Counted from the stretch's first letter, positions 26,621 to 39,246 are shown. The stretch is 64,000 bases of DNA from Octopus bimaculoides (GCF_001194135.2 NC_068989.1:37940954-38004953), one strand, 5' to 3'. The notes: generated by a model not told the origin, from the sequence alone. Numbers and translations: made by a program.

Positions 26621-26955
26621 CAGCAGTTGAATAAAGTCACCACAGATATATATTTGTTTTATTGATGTAACTGTTCTGTTAGTCTTTCTTACTCCACTAT
26701 ATCATCACCTTCAATTTGTCTATTTTGAATGTAATTGATAATGTTGGTAATTTACAGAGCAGTAACACTAAAGATTTTACAATTTTCTCAATATATATCA
26801 GACGTCACTTTAATGACTGTCTAAAATATTTGTATAATCTTGTGTGTATATGTGTATGACAGTGAGTGAATATGTGAGGAAAATTAATTAATTTTGAAAG
26901 TGGCTAAGGGTTAAAATATATGTGAGAAATATATATTATGAGTCAAAATTTAATG

Positions 26956-26999
<44 letters not shown>

Positions 27000-27000
<1 letters not shown>

Positions 27001-27360
27001 GTGCAGGAGTGGCTGTGTGGTAAGTAGCTTGTTTACCAATCACATGGTTTCAGGTTCAGTCCCACTCCTTGGGAAAGTGTCTTTTACTATAGCCTCAGGC
27101 CGACCAAAGCTTTGTGAGTGGATGTGGTAGATAGAAACTGAAAGAAGCCTGTTGTATATATATATATATGTGTGTGTGTGTGTGCATGCGTGCGTGTGTG
27201 TCTATGTTTGTGTGTCTGTGTTTGTTCCCCCATCATAGTTTGACAAGTGATGGTGGTGTGTTTACATCTCCATAAGTCCTGGGGTCAATTTGTTTGACTA
27301 AAAGCTGTGCTCCAGCAAGGCCACAGTAAAATGACTGAAACAGATATAAGAATAAAAGAA
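27000..27360 (+). mobile_element. tRNA-derived SINE (ggtgcaggagtggctgtgtggtaag head, internal microsatellite)
   Basis: A-box-like tggctgtgtggt, B-box-like ggttcagtccc, internal (TA)/(GT) tract and a 3' gactgaaacagatataagaataaaagaa end. Confidence 0.85.
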
Positions 27361-27536
27361 TGCAAACATGTATTTTGTACATATGTACGCATGTATGGAC
27401 GAATGTATTTATAAAAAAGTACACTCTTTCTCTCTCCCTCCCTCCATATATATATATATATTTATATATATTTATACGTCCGTATATGTAAGTATACTGT
27501 TTATATACATGTATTTGTATTTATGTACTGGAGTAT

Positions 27537-27598
27537 ATTCCACTGATGAAGGCAGAGCATTATTATTTATGCAAAGCCAGAAATCCAGGATTTGGAAT
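27537..27598 (+). ncRNA. Type I hammerhead ribozyme fold, variant core
   Basis: attcca-CTGATGA-a-ggc(aga)gcat..atgc(aaa)gcc-a-GAAA-tcc-a-gga-t-t-tggaat. Stem I is 6 bp (attcca/tggaat), stem III is atcc/ggat, and the cleavage triplet is AUU (27590-27592). Confidence 0.7.
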
Positions 27599-28426
27599 TA
27601 TCTTTATTTTTACTGGTTTTATTTGGTCTTCGTCTTCGCGCCATGCGGACATTTATTGTGGTTTTAGAGTCTGATTTGACTGCTATTTTTTCAGCGTGGT
27701 GGTATCTCTTGATACCCTGTATTATAATTTTAAATAATTTTAAATAATTTTAAATATATATATATATATATATATACAGAAAGAGAGACAGAGATAAGAA
27801 CAAATATACAAATAAGACATGCATAAACAGAAATAAATGTATAAGATAGATGTTGCATCTCAACACTAGCAACAAAATACACACACTAACATATGTATAA
27901 AAGATGACTGAACAAATAGATGTTAAAAAAAAAAGAGAAAAACATCCATAAAATAAATGTTACAAGTTCAGGTTAACAACATTAAATAGATAATTAGTTC
28001 ATTCACCTATTTCAAGTCTCTTTTCTAACCTTACTGAATGATGTTCTTACTCACATCAACAGATAATGTTCTAGTTTATCTGAGTTGGTCAACATCACAC
28101 TATTTTCAATAAGAGTGCCTGATGACATTTATACTGCTTTGATATTTGTATCCTATGTGAAATAAATCACATTAGAATAAAGGTGAGTCCTATGTTAAAA
28201 TTTGTTGAGATAATTAAGAACAAATGTTTTTACAAAATTATTAAATTAAGTTAATAATGGTCTTTGACTTTTCAAAGAGAATCTCAATCAAATATGTCCG
28301 TATCTAAACAATCAGAAATAGAGGGGAAAAAAATGCTCTTCCTCTCTTTTTTTCTCTCTCTCTCTCTCACATACACACGCATAAATAAATAAATATGTAT
28401 GCATATACATATACATACATACATAA

Positions 28427-28457
<31 letters not shown>

Positions 28458-28704
28458 NNNNNNNNNNNNNNNNNNNNNNNNNNNNNNNNNNNNNNNNNNN
28501 NNNNNNNNNNNNNNNNNNNNNNNNNNNNNNNNNNNNNNNNNNNNNNNNNNNNNNNNNNNNNNNNNNNNNNNNNNNNNNNNNNNNNNNNNNNNNNNNNNNN
28601 NNNATTATTGCATTGTAATAATATATTGGAGTTAACAATATGTTACTAATTGCACTTTTAAGTTCAGTGGATATATTTTTATAATGCTTAAACAATTATT
28701 TACA

Positions 28705-28769
<65 letters not shown>

Positions 28770-29638
28770 TATAATCAAGATTCAGTTGAATTAGGTAGTT
28801 AAATTAAGGCACCTTGCTAGTTCTGTATAATCTGCACACCCTAACAATATTATTTGAACATTGAATATCAAAACTCCATTTAAGGGTATTTGTGCCCAAT
28901 ATTCCTGTCATGTGTGAAGACAATGCAACCCAGCTAAGTGAAGATATCTACTCTTGGTAATTCAGACATGTACTTTTTATAAAGGTACTTTCCATAGTAT
29001 TTCTGAAGTGCAGATTCTGAGTTAGGTGAACAGAATATAAATAAGTAACAAAGATGTACAGGTGTGAATTCATTATGGCCATTTCAAGTGGCTCCATTTA
29101 ATTATGTAGATAAAGCAAGATATATGGTTCCAGTACGTTGGGAGTCTAGTAGATAGTCTGACTTTAATTGATTTGTCACCATTAACTAGAATACAGTTGA
29201 CAACACCCAATGGATTTAATTCTGAATGATTGAAGACTACACACACACTACATAAAGTTTTCTAAATATAAGTAACTACATCACCACCCTTTTTATCTTG
29301 ATCCTCACTATTCCTTTTGCTACTCTCTAAATTGTAGTAGGCATATCAAGGTATGCATTATTTTCTAAACTCATTTTGCTACAGGTACAACAAAACGAAA
29401 CAATGAAAATATTTTGGTTTCCATTATTGCTGTAAAAAATGTTAAAAAGCCTATGTTTTGATCCGAAGAATACGGTTTCTTTCAAATTCATGTAATGTTT
29501 GCATTAATCAATTAAATGTAGCTGTTTGAAATGACCGTAATGAATAGATACTTGTACATCTTTGTTACTTTATATATATATACATATGTATATATTATTA
29601 TATATTTATATATATATATATTATGATATATATATATG

Positions 29639-29672
<34 letters not shown>

Positions 29673-30219
29673 NNNNNNNNNNNNNNNNNNNNNNNNNNNN
29701 NNNNNNNNNNNNNNNNNNNGCATTGATTCCTCTTGGGTGGGACTCTCAACAACTTGTTCAGGAGCAACCGGCGGTGCAGATTTATCTCATCGGGTGATAA
29801 ATAGATACAACTCATTAAAATGACTGTTCCGCAATGTAACTTTCCATTTTGTAGAGAGAAAAGCAGCCAGATGAAGGAAATATCTTCATTTATATAGAAG
29901 AGCAAAAATAAAATCACAGATGGCAAAAAGAGAAATGAACACACAATCCAGCGAGAAAAGTATTAAGATTAACCGTCAATAAATATGGATGTATAAACAC
30001 CCTCGGGCAAGTGGCATGGCGCGAGTACACTCGCTCATACAAGCGTCCACAAGAATGTGAGCATATGCACACATGAGGTTTGGTGCACTCATGATCACAA
30101 AGTGAGTTAGTTATCTACTTGGTGTTTATAAGAATGGGGAGGTTGAAAGTAAACTTAAGTCATCCATACCTTAAAGTAAATTAAGTTAAAGGTTATTCAA
30201 AGTTCATTCTCACTGCATT

Positions 30220-30651
30220 GTGCGAAAGTACATTCATATACATGTAGGCATCTCAAGAGTTGCTTAGAAATTCTAGTAATTATCTTCTCGTTAGTTCACA
30301 GAATAGACAGGGATTCCTCAGAGCAGAGACAGCTTCTCCTGAAAATTATAATGTATGGTTTCGCATACCTTACAATGGACCAATTAATGCTGTGCTTCAT
30401 TTTATTCTCCTTTAGTCGCCATACAAAATCTGCCAAAGATGTTGAATGTCTCTTGCTGATTGTCTTAAAGCTAACAACATAGTTACAATAACGATTCTTA
30501 AATGAATCAGCCGTCTGCCCAATGTAAACATAGGGTCCTCCCCTTGTGTGCACAGTACATTTATATACAAGATTTGTACTCATACAGAGATTCATCAAAG
30601 GACATTTTGATTTATCTCTGCTTGAGCATTTATCATATTTATTTGTATATA

Positions 30652-30655
<4 letters not shown>
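30220..30655 (-). pseudogene. Penelope-like element GIY-YIG endonuclease remnant
   Basis: CSSRDKSKCPLMNLCMSTNLVYKCTVHTRGGPYVYIGQTADSFKNRY...HSTSLADFVWRLKE...INWSIV...PY...CLCSEESLSIL matches the PLE pattern CxCxxxxCPLxxxC...VY...YIG.T...R. Confidence 0.9.
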
Positions 30656-30701
<46 letters not shown>

Positions 30702-30724
30702 TGTATAGTCACAGGAGTGGCATA

Positions 30725-30813
30725 GGTGCAGGAGTGGTTGTGTGGTAAGTAGCTTCTGTCAAATCGTCTAACCCATGCCAGCATGGAAAACGGACGTTAA
30801 ATGATGATGATGA
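30725..30813 (+). mobile_element. Minimal SINE: tRNA-like head fused directly to an RTE 3' tail
   Basis: 30725-30755 matches the head of the 27000 SINE. 30758-30813 matches the RTE tail at 8264-8330 (gtcaaatcgtctaacccatgccagcatggaaaacggacgttaaatgatgatg). Confidence 0.8.
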
Positions 30814-30839
30814 CACACACACACATAAGAGCATCAAGC

Positions 30840-32490
30840 AATGAAGAAAACTATAAAACCATTGATGAAGAAAAGAATATCAAACTCATTAAACATGCTA
30901 ATGGACATCTTTTAGAAAGTGTTCTCAAACTATAGAAAGGAACTTGCGAATCTGAAGAAATAAATTCCCTCGAATGTTTGGAAAAGAATGTGTTAATTTT
31001 TTTCTGTAATTCTGAAAACCAGTTCAAAACAGAATACAGTTCCAGTAACCATTTTTTGAAGAAACCGAGAATGGAAACCTACACAGAAGTGACAAAACAA
31101 TCAAATAAACCAAATTATAGACATTTAAAAGAACATAACCACACCAAACCAACCAGAGTTAGAAATATAAATTTTCCTCCAGCAATGATAAACACTCAAG
31201 GGAATATGTTTAACTCTCATCGAAGGATCTTGAAACATGTAAATACACCTAATATGCTTAGATAGTAAAGCCAGTCTTCTAGCAATTCAAATATAATTAG
31301 TAACACTAACAATCCACATCAAGGTAATTTTAACAAACGTTTTTTAGACCCACCCTGTCCAGAGAAACAGGGACACATTTTAGAAGAAGACATACAGAAA
31401 AAACCCAAGATAACAAGTTTATCCAAGAAAACTTTTTCAACAACAAAAATCAACATACTAGCAAAATTTACTTCAATCCTATGCAGATCCAATCAGAAAA
31501 AAAAAATCAAAGATAATATTACAGAGTTTGACAGAAAATTGCAACTTACAGAAACACTTCTTAACTATAATAATGATGATGATTCACTTGTTAAAAACAA
31601 AAGCAATTATCTTCTACTTAAAGTTAGGAATAAAACACTTGATGACTTTTGTGACCATATTCTGAATTTCTCTCATAATGCCTTACACAAATAAAAAAAA
31701 TTCACTCAATGGAAGAACTTAATTGAATCGCAAAATGATAAAAGATTAACAATTAAAGAAGCTCATAAAGGAAGTGTTGAATCCTGTCTATGCTAGAAAA
31801 AAAAATTCCAGCTACAAAACCTTTGAAAACAAGAAACAGAAAATAATGAAAAATCTTTCATTCTTACTTCCCCTAAATGGGAAGTAGACAATGAAATCAG
31901 CTCTGTTACAAATTTTGATAATTAATGAAGCCTGCAAAGAATCACCAGGCATATACATTAATGTCCAATCACCATGAGATTTAAAACTAAGACCCTTTAT
32001 AACTAGCCCATCATGTGAAACCCACTTCTTAAGCAAATTTCTTGACACTCTACTGAAGCCTCTTCTGAAATACATCAAAATCTTCATTAAAGATGATCTG
32101 GATATGCTAAACCACCTCCCAAAAATCAATTGATGAAGAGACAGTCATGGTATTCTTTAAGGTCGCGAACCTATAGACTAATATCTCACATGACTATTGA
32201 ATAGAAGCAATCAAATTTCGATTGGTAAACTATCCAGAAGTATCAGAGCGCATCAACAAGGAATTTATAATTGTAGCTTTAAAATTTACCCTTCTTTTTT
32301 GATACCAATTATTTACTCACGAAAATCTCAATGAGAACAAAAGCAGCCTCAGTTCTTGCCAATCCAGTAATAGAATATTTAGAAATGATTATGTATCAAG
32401 TATCACTACAAAAATATGGATACTTATTCTATGAATATATAAGAGAGAACTGGTAAAGATATCTGGATGATTGCTTTACACATTTTAATT
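30840..32490 (+). pseudogene. Penelope-like element reverse transcriptase remnant
   Basis: Motifs with stops and frameshifts: DSLVKNKS, LTIKEAHKG (EADKG), LRPFITSPSCETHFLSKFLDTLLKPLL, FIKDDLDMLNHLP, VANL*TNISH, TKAASVLAN, W*RYLDDCF (32451-32477). Truncated right after the catalytic DD. Confidence 0.92.
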
Positions 32491-32525
32491 CTTTATACCT
32501 TTTAATTCTTTATATCATATTGGAA

Positions 32526-32734
32526 ATGGCTAACACAAGCAATGAGAGCATGTTGTCCATTTCTTCAATGGATATCAGCCTTCATTTACCTTTTGAAGCA
32601 TCATATTTGATGATATCAAAACATCACGTGCACTATAGCGATTTGGACCAGAAGCATCAGATTTGGAAGATTCGTCATTACAGGCCACTAACCATGATGA
32701 TGAAGATTAGCCTAGATTAGGAAACACTGACTGG
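32526..32734 (+). pseudogene. KolX / P2X7-ballast-like ORF N-terminal exon remnant (probable Kolobok second ORF)
   Basis: ...AL*RFGPEASDLEDSSLQATNHDDED*PRLGNTDW. L*RFGP is three single-base changes from PYRFEP, and RLGNTDW is followed by a gt donor within the W codon. Confidence 0.6.
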
Positions 32735-33448
32735 TATGGTTATATAAATCAAAATTGTTTAAATGATCAAATACTTCAGTCTCAAGTTATTTGAAAGAAT
32801 GTCTGTATATATCTATGATAAGAAATTTACGTGCCATGGAACTCACCAGGCTGACCAGGAGGAAAATATCTGCATAATTTAATTACTTTGATTAGAGTAT
32901 TAAGCTTTGCCTTGAACAATTATCAGTGTCAACATTGTACAGTTTTAATTCTCTATAGTTAGCCTCTCATTTTGTAATAAGTTATAAATTCTTACATCAC
33001 AAACAGGCTGGACACAGTAACAGGCCTATTTTCAAAATAATACATCGTTCTGTACATCTCACATTTCTATGGAATATTGCAAAAAATATTATTCAACATA
33101 TTATTTATTATAAAAAGAACACAGAGTAACAATGGCTTAAATCTAGTATAAATAGTATGCACGTACCCACCAACATACCCAGAACTGTCCTACATTGATC
33201 TTCAAGCATTTTAATCACATGTCAAAATATAAAACTCAACTATATATGTGGATTTGTAAAAGAAGTGATACCCTAAGAAAAGCTAGTGTATATTCAGGAT
33301 GTCTCGGACTTTAGGCTATTTAGCACAGCCTTTTGAGGCTTTTTGAACCACTCTCCTAGAGATTAATTAACTATTTTTTTTTTATTGTAATATAGAAATT
33401 TGTGGTCCTGGATTTATATGCAGCAATTATGAATGATGTTAAACAATA

Positions 33449-33979
33449 CAGTAATGCCTCGATATACGAGTTAATTTGTTCCCGGAGACGGCTCGTAAAA
33501 CAAAAACTCACAAAGCAAAGCAATAATATAAATTGTAATTTATTCCCAGTAAAACATCTTACCTATAAAATTTATAATGCTCATAAATAAATGACAATAA
33601 AACAACAATAAAATGTAAAGAATAATTTATGTAAAGTAAAAAGAATGTCAAGATCATTTATAATAGAAAATATTTTTATAATCGTTTTCTGAATTACTTT
33701 GACTAGCACTAGACTCAGGCACAACCATCACTTGTAGATGTGATCACCGATTCCCAAGTACTCATAGACAGACTTGTAGGTTTCTTTTAAAAAGTCTAGA
33801 GTCATTTGCTTATAAGAAGCAGAAACATTTGTTATGGTAATAGAAACTTTAGCACTTTGTTTAAAATTTGGATTTTGGAATTGAAAACTTTCAACACACC
33901 ATACAAAAGTGAAATGAAAAATAAAACTCATAAACCCGGGATCTCGTAAAGCACGTCCTCATAAAGTGTGGTATTACTG
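33449..33979 (-). mobile_element. Tigger/pogo-like non-autonomous transposon with both TIRs and TA TSD
   Basis: TA|cagtaatgcctcgatatacgag ... ctcataaagtgtggtattactg|TA. The internal minus-strand peptide QNPNFKQSAKVSITITNVSASYKQMTLDF resembles a Tigger transposase C-terminus. Confidence 0.82.
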
Positions 33980-34066
33980 TACATACCCTATTTCATTCCC
34001 GTTTTACAACTGCTGAGTGTTCTGGTGTGGGGATGGGGGAAGACAAAAATGCGTCATTGAGATCGT

Positions 34067-34321
34067 CTTGGGATAGATAGACTGTACAGATCCCAGGCAT
34101 AAATATTTCTTCCTATTCATTCCGAACTCCTTCATAAGTGAATATTGCACTTCAAAACAGTTTAGATTAAAACGCTTCAAGCAAACCACACTGTACAGAG
34201 AGGGTTCAGACCAGTCTGCTCTTGTGAGCTTCACAAACCAAGTCAATACTGCTTGCTGTCGCTTGTCCTTGGGAAAAATAGTCATATTACTACACCCTGT
34301 CACAATATAAGTTCTACCCTT
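34067..34321 (-). pseudogene. Degenerate THAP zinc-finger domain (transposase N-terminus)
   Basis: (K for M)GRTYIVTGCSN..FPKDK...TWFVKLTRADWSEPSLYSVVCLKRFNLNCFE...FG...YLCLGSVQSIYP. The ligands C-to-Y and H-to-R are mutated, and the start codon appears mutated (gccAAGggt). Confidence 0.85.
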
Positions 34322-34399
34322 GGCCCTGGAACATGTAATAAACGGTAATATTTTAGAAGTCCTCACTCATTCAGCCTGAAAAACTGCACCAATGATGTT

Positions 34400-34592
34400 A
34401 TAGGACATCAAATGCAACATTCCGGTTTTAATCACGTCTTTGGTTTTCGTGTATAAATAAGAAAAAGTCACTTTTTTACCAATTTCTCATTGATTGACAA
34501 GTAAATCTTTGTAATGATACAAACAATCAAATTTATTTAAATATTCATACAATATAACATCCACTTGTATGTTGTGTTCCTAGACACTTTAA
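34400..34592 (-). mobile_element. Probable Kolobok-type terminus
   Basis: Minus strand reads TTAA|AGtgtctaggaacac..., i.e. a TTAA target plus an RR terminus, just upstream of the THAP ORF. The matching left end was not found. Confidence 0.45.
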
Positions 34593-35393
34593 TCTAAAAC
34601 TATTCAATTCACCATCATTAACAGGGTCATTAGCTCCCTGCTTTTATTAAAAACCATTGATTATCTCCCCTGAAACTTATTTACCTTCTGATTCAGTTAC
34701 AAAATATACTTCCTTCTATTAACATGGTACGAAAACTTCTTATAATAGCATGAAATTATAACATTATCACTAAATTCTCAGTCATGATTAGCCGCAAGCA
34801 AAACTGATCGTCAATGTAAATATTTTATTTCATATGTGTATATATATAACAAAATTTCTATGCATTTTCCATTTTTTAAATATTTTTCACTGCAATTCAC
34901 CACATGGAAAAAATATTTTTTATCGAATTTTTTCATTACCCATATACACCCAAACAACATACCCATGTATGTGTGTGCATCAATCAATCAATCAATCTAT
35001 CTATCTATCTATTCATATATGAATTAGAAGCAGCTCAAGGTATATAAACAAAGTCAAACACACATACACGAGGTATATGTTGTTAGTTTGCTATTTTGAA
35101 CACAGATGAGAAGAGAACATCGTCGTAGTTACTTGGATGGTACACTGAGTACATTAAGCAGCTATTCTTCCTTCCACTTGGATTTTTATGTATTCTCTCT
35201 CCCACTTGGATTTGAAATGTTGCCACATTTATAATATGTCTTTTTTTCTACTGTAATTTTCTGCATTTTCATGCAGCTGAAGATTGTTCTTCATATTGCA
35301 TTTAATGTAATGCTCGCATTACTTAAATAAATTGGAGTAGCATGAAACGTGCGTACTGCAATCACCTTTGAAATCCATATTGCTCATTTTTTG

Positions 35394-35437
<44 letters not shown>

Positions 35438-35543
35438 GTATGTGCGTGCANNNNNNNNNNNNNNNNNNNNNNNNNNNNNNNNNNNNNNNNNNNNNNNNNN
35501 NNNNNNNNNNNNNNNNNNNNNNNNNNNNNNNNNNNNNNNNNNN

Positions 35544-35576
<33 letters not shown>

Positions 35577-38500
35577 GTATGTATGTAAATATATACACAC
35601 ATATATGCATGCATAGCTGTGTTAACATGTAGTTCATTTTGTTGCCTTGTAGCTTGAAATTCTATATCCTTGTGTGGCAACAATATCATTTTCTAGCTGT
35701 GTATTTTCAACAAGTTTAATATGTAAAAACCTCTTGCTTAGAAAGCAAGTAAAATTTAGTGACAGGTAGGGCATCTTGCCGTGAAGCAATGCCTCAATAT
35801 TGTTTTAATCCATGAATCCATGCTGGTATAAAAGAAAAACAGATGTAAAACCAATGAACAATATATACACACATGCACAAAATCAAATATATATATCTTG
35901 TCTTGTGGTAACCTTTTTTTTTTTTTGATGAATATTGATTTCAACATTTGAAAATAAATTTGGTTGAACAGTTTTATGTTGTATTTTTTCGAAAACTTGT
36001 ATCCACTTGAATCTACTTCTTTATAGCTAAAGGCAGATCAAAAATTAAACTATGAATGCCATATTTTTCTGACTTTTCAAGTGTTCCACAATGCACAACC
36101 TTTCAAGTGAGTCTTTCTCAAAAATTCATTCAATTTTTTAAAATTTTTATCAATATTTTGAAAAAATATGCGTGCTAGGGTTGAAAATCAACAGAATGTT
36201 TGGTGACATGCAGTGTTGGAGAGATTCTGCCTGCCCATGCAAATATGATAAAATGAATGTTAAAATAATAGTGATGGAGGATGGGAGACCTGCTACACAC
36301 ATCACCTCTAGCTACAATTTCAAATTTCTATCTACTGTCTCTCTATCATCTGTCCTCCTTCATTGACTTTCTCTTATGTTCACTGTACTTTGCTGCCAGT
36401 GCAACTTAGAGTATCATTAACTCTCTCTTCTATTCACTGTATAATGTTGCCTGTGTAAAGACGTCCTTAGGTCTATCCAACACACTCCTCTCACTGTGCC
36501 ACAATACCCATGTAATGAAAGATTGGACTAGATCTATCTGTACTCAATCCTACTTACCTCTATCCTGTACTTAATGCATTCATTCATCACTCTTTTTATA
36601 TTGTCAACATATCCTCTCACCTCTACTCCTTCCCTCTCATCACAATCACTGTGTTTCCACCATCATATTCTTGTTTTCTTCATCCCTGTCCATTCTGGTT
36701 TTCTTCTGTTAACACTCCGCTATTCACACTCTTGCTGCATTGAGTGAAGAGACACAGGATATAGAAGTGAGAACTATTTTGTCTTATAGGGTAGAAAGTA
36801 TCGTCACTAATGCTGGTGCCATGTTAAAATGCACACAGTGTTCTTTGTAAAGTGGTAAGAGATCGGAGACAACATAGGAAGTATTTTGCACAAAACAAAT
36901 ACCACAAAGTATTTTTATTTGAAAGCAAAAGTTTAGCAATTTTGTCATGAATGAACAGAGAGAGAGAGAGTTTCTATCTACTAAATTCTACTCGCAAGGC
37001 ATTGATCAATCTGAAGCTATGTTAGTAGATACCTGCTCTAAGTGCTGCTTAGTGGAATAAAACCTAAAGCCACTTGATTATGAAACAAGTAATTTAACCC
37101 TGCAGCCTTGGCCTATAGCTTGTCTTCTAAATTTTTCTCTCTTTTATCCCCTTTCACCATGTCTCCTGAAATCTTTCTTTTGCTTTTCTTGACATTCAAA
37201 ATGATTTCCCAACCACACAAACATAACAGAATATAATCAATGATTTTTCATGCATCTAAATATCAGCTACACTCACCTCTTTCCCCAACAAAAGATGACC
37301 AAAATATAATGAACTGCATGTATTTCAAACCTTGCATCTCAAACATTCCTGCTCTTTTTTTTCACCTCCTTTGCTCGCTTCTCCTCTCTAGCAAATTCAC
37401 TACCTCTTAACCAATGCCATCACCTCTTCCGCTACTGCTGCAACCACCACCACCACCACCACCACCACCACTACTATATTCTCCACAATTCATGACTGCT
37501 GTCACCCATACAGCCACCACATCATCACTACCATTATTGAAATTATCACCAATGCTATGCTTTTAATCTATATTTTTTCCCCCCAAGATCTTGCATATAC
37601 TTCTGATCATCACAACCACTAAACACAACTAGAACCATCACCGCAACAACCACCGCTGCCGCCACTGCCACCACCACCACCACCACCATTTCAAATCCTA
37701 TCATCACCATCACCAATGCCATCAATACAAGCTATGTTATCACCACGATTACCACTACTTCAACTCCCACCATCAACACCAACACAATCACCACCACTAA
37801 CATTTTATAATCACCATCTTCCATACTGCACCACTTCCTACATCATACTCACAATCTCCATACATCCTTTCAGGGAGGTTTCATTATTTGTTTATTTACC
37901 ATTTGTTACAATCGTTACCCCCACTTCTCACCTCACCTCTCCCCACCAACACCTTCCTGCTTCACTTTGTTTATTTCATTCTGCAATATTCACTCCTCCT
38001 TCTCAGTCCCACCTGCCTTCTGCCTTCATCACTGACTCTCTTCTTCATTTCCTGTCCTAAATGCTGCAATTAAATTCCCACGGATTAATTTCTATAATTT
38101 TCTCATCTTGTTCTTCCGGTTCATCTTTTACGTTGTCTTTACTATGGTTGCTGTTGTTATTGTTAATATTGCTGTTCTCTTTTTATTCTAATGCTTTTTC
38201 TTCTTATCTATGTTTTTTCTTCATAAAGCATTTTTTCCATTGATTTTTCTTCATCCTCTACAGTTTCCTCTCTTAGTTTTCATACTTTCAGTTCACACAT
38301 CTTTCTATTTTCCTTCTTTTTACTCTTCAGTTTCTTCTTTCTCTTTTTTGCTATCTTTTTCTTAATTCTTTGATTTTAAACACTATTTTAACTGTTGAAT
38401 TTTACTGATTTAAAAAATTTTTTCTTTCAATTTCTTTGTCTTTGATTCTGTCATTTCTTTTTTTTCTTGGCATGTTTTTTAGTTGTTGTTTTCTCTTTTG

Positions 38501-39246
38501 TTTATATTTTTATTACTATTTCTGTTATTTCTATTACTTCTTGCATGGGACAAAATATTTTTGAATATTAATTCTTAGCTCTTTATATTTTCCCAAATAA
38601 ATTTAAATTCCATTCCCACCAACCCAACTCTACATTACCATTCCATACAAGCAGGAATTGAATGAATTATTACTCATTTACATTTCTTTATTTCCTTCCA
38701 ATTTCTTCTTTAGTTTTTTTCTTTAATATCTTTCTCCATCACACTAGAGGTAGAAAGTTAGTGTTATATGGATTCCAGCCAAATTTAGAGAGAAATTTAT
38801 TACTCATTGGCTTGGACTGAAATTAGAACTCAAGCACAAAAATAACAAAACCCAAAAAGATTTCCTTCTTTAATAAAATTATATTCTCAATAGTTATTGA
38901 AGTCTTGTATATGAGCCAAATTATGATGGATCATATAAACAGGCTAAAATGGTAGTAGCCATGTAGACAGAACAAAACTATTATTTGATTCTTAACAGCT
39001 TTTGTATCTTATATTTCTAAAAAATATTTTTATATCTTATATCTCCTGTGCCATTCTTCTGTGGTTTAAAGAATGTATTTTTTAAGACAATTGGTTTTGT
39101 AACTTGATTCAGTATCCAATCAGCCGTGAAGTAAGTGTTAAACCTGTTTTCTGTTCAGTCAGACAAGATGAAATAAGCTTAATTAGGTACCTTACTCAGA
39201 GGCACAGCACAAACAGTAAAGTTTGAACTTATGATCAGTTCCATTA

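Noticed and set aside
27000-27075. tRNA gene
   Set aside because: The A/B-box-like motifs belong to a SINE head; there is no cloverleaf and it continues into the SINE body.
29386-29460. ttttgctacag| followed by (G)TTKRNNENILVSIIAVKNVKKPMF*
   Set aside because: The acceptor is plausible but the frame is short, and nothing links it to other exons.
30065-30100. Minus-strand tcatgagtgcaccaaac downstream of the GIY-YIG, resembling a decayed minimal hammerhead
   Set aside because: Two core positions are wrong and stems I and III are not evident; it cannot be supported without a consensus.
35106-35234. cag|ATG ORF MRREHRRSYLDGTLSTLSSYSS... (42 aa)
   Set aside because: Protein-like and CpG-containing, but with no convincing donor, an internal ~28-bp tandem duplication, an equally open opposite strand and no recognisable homology.
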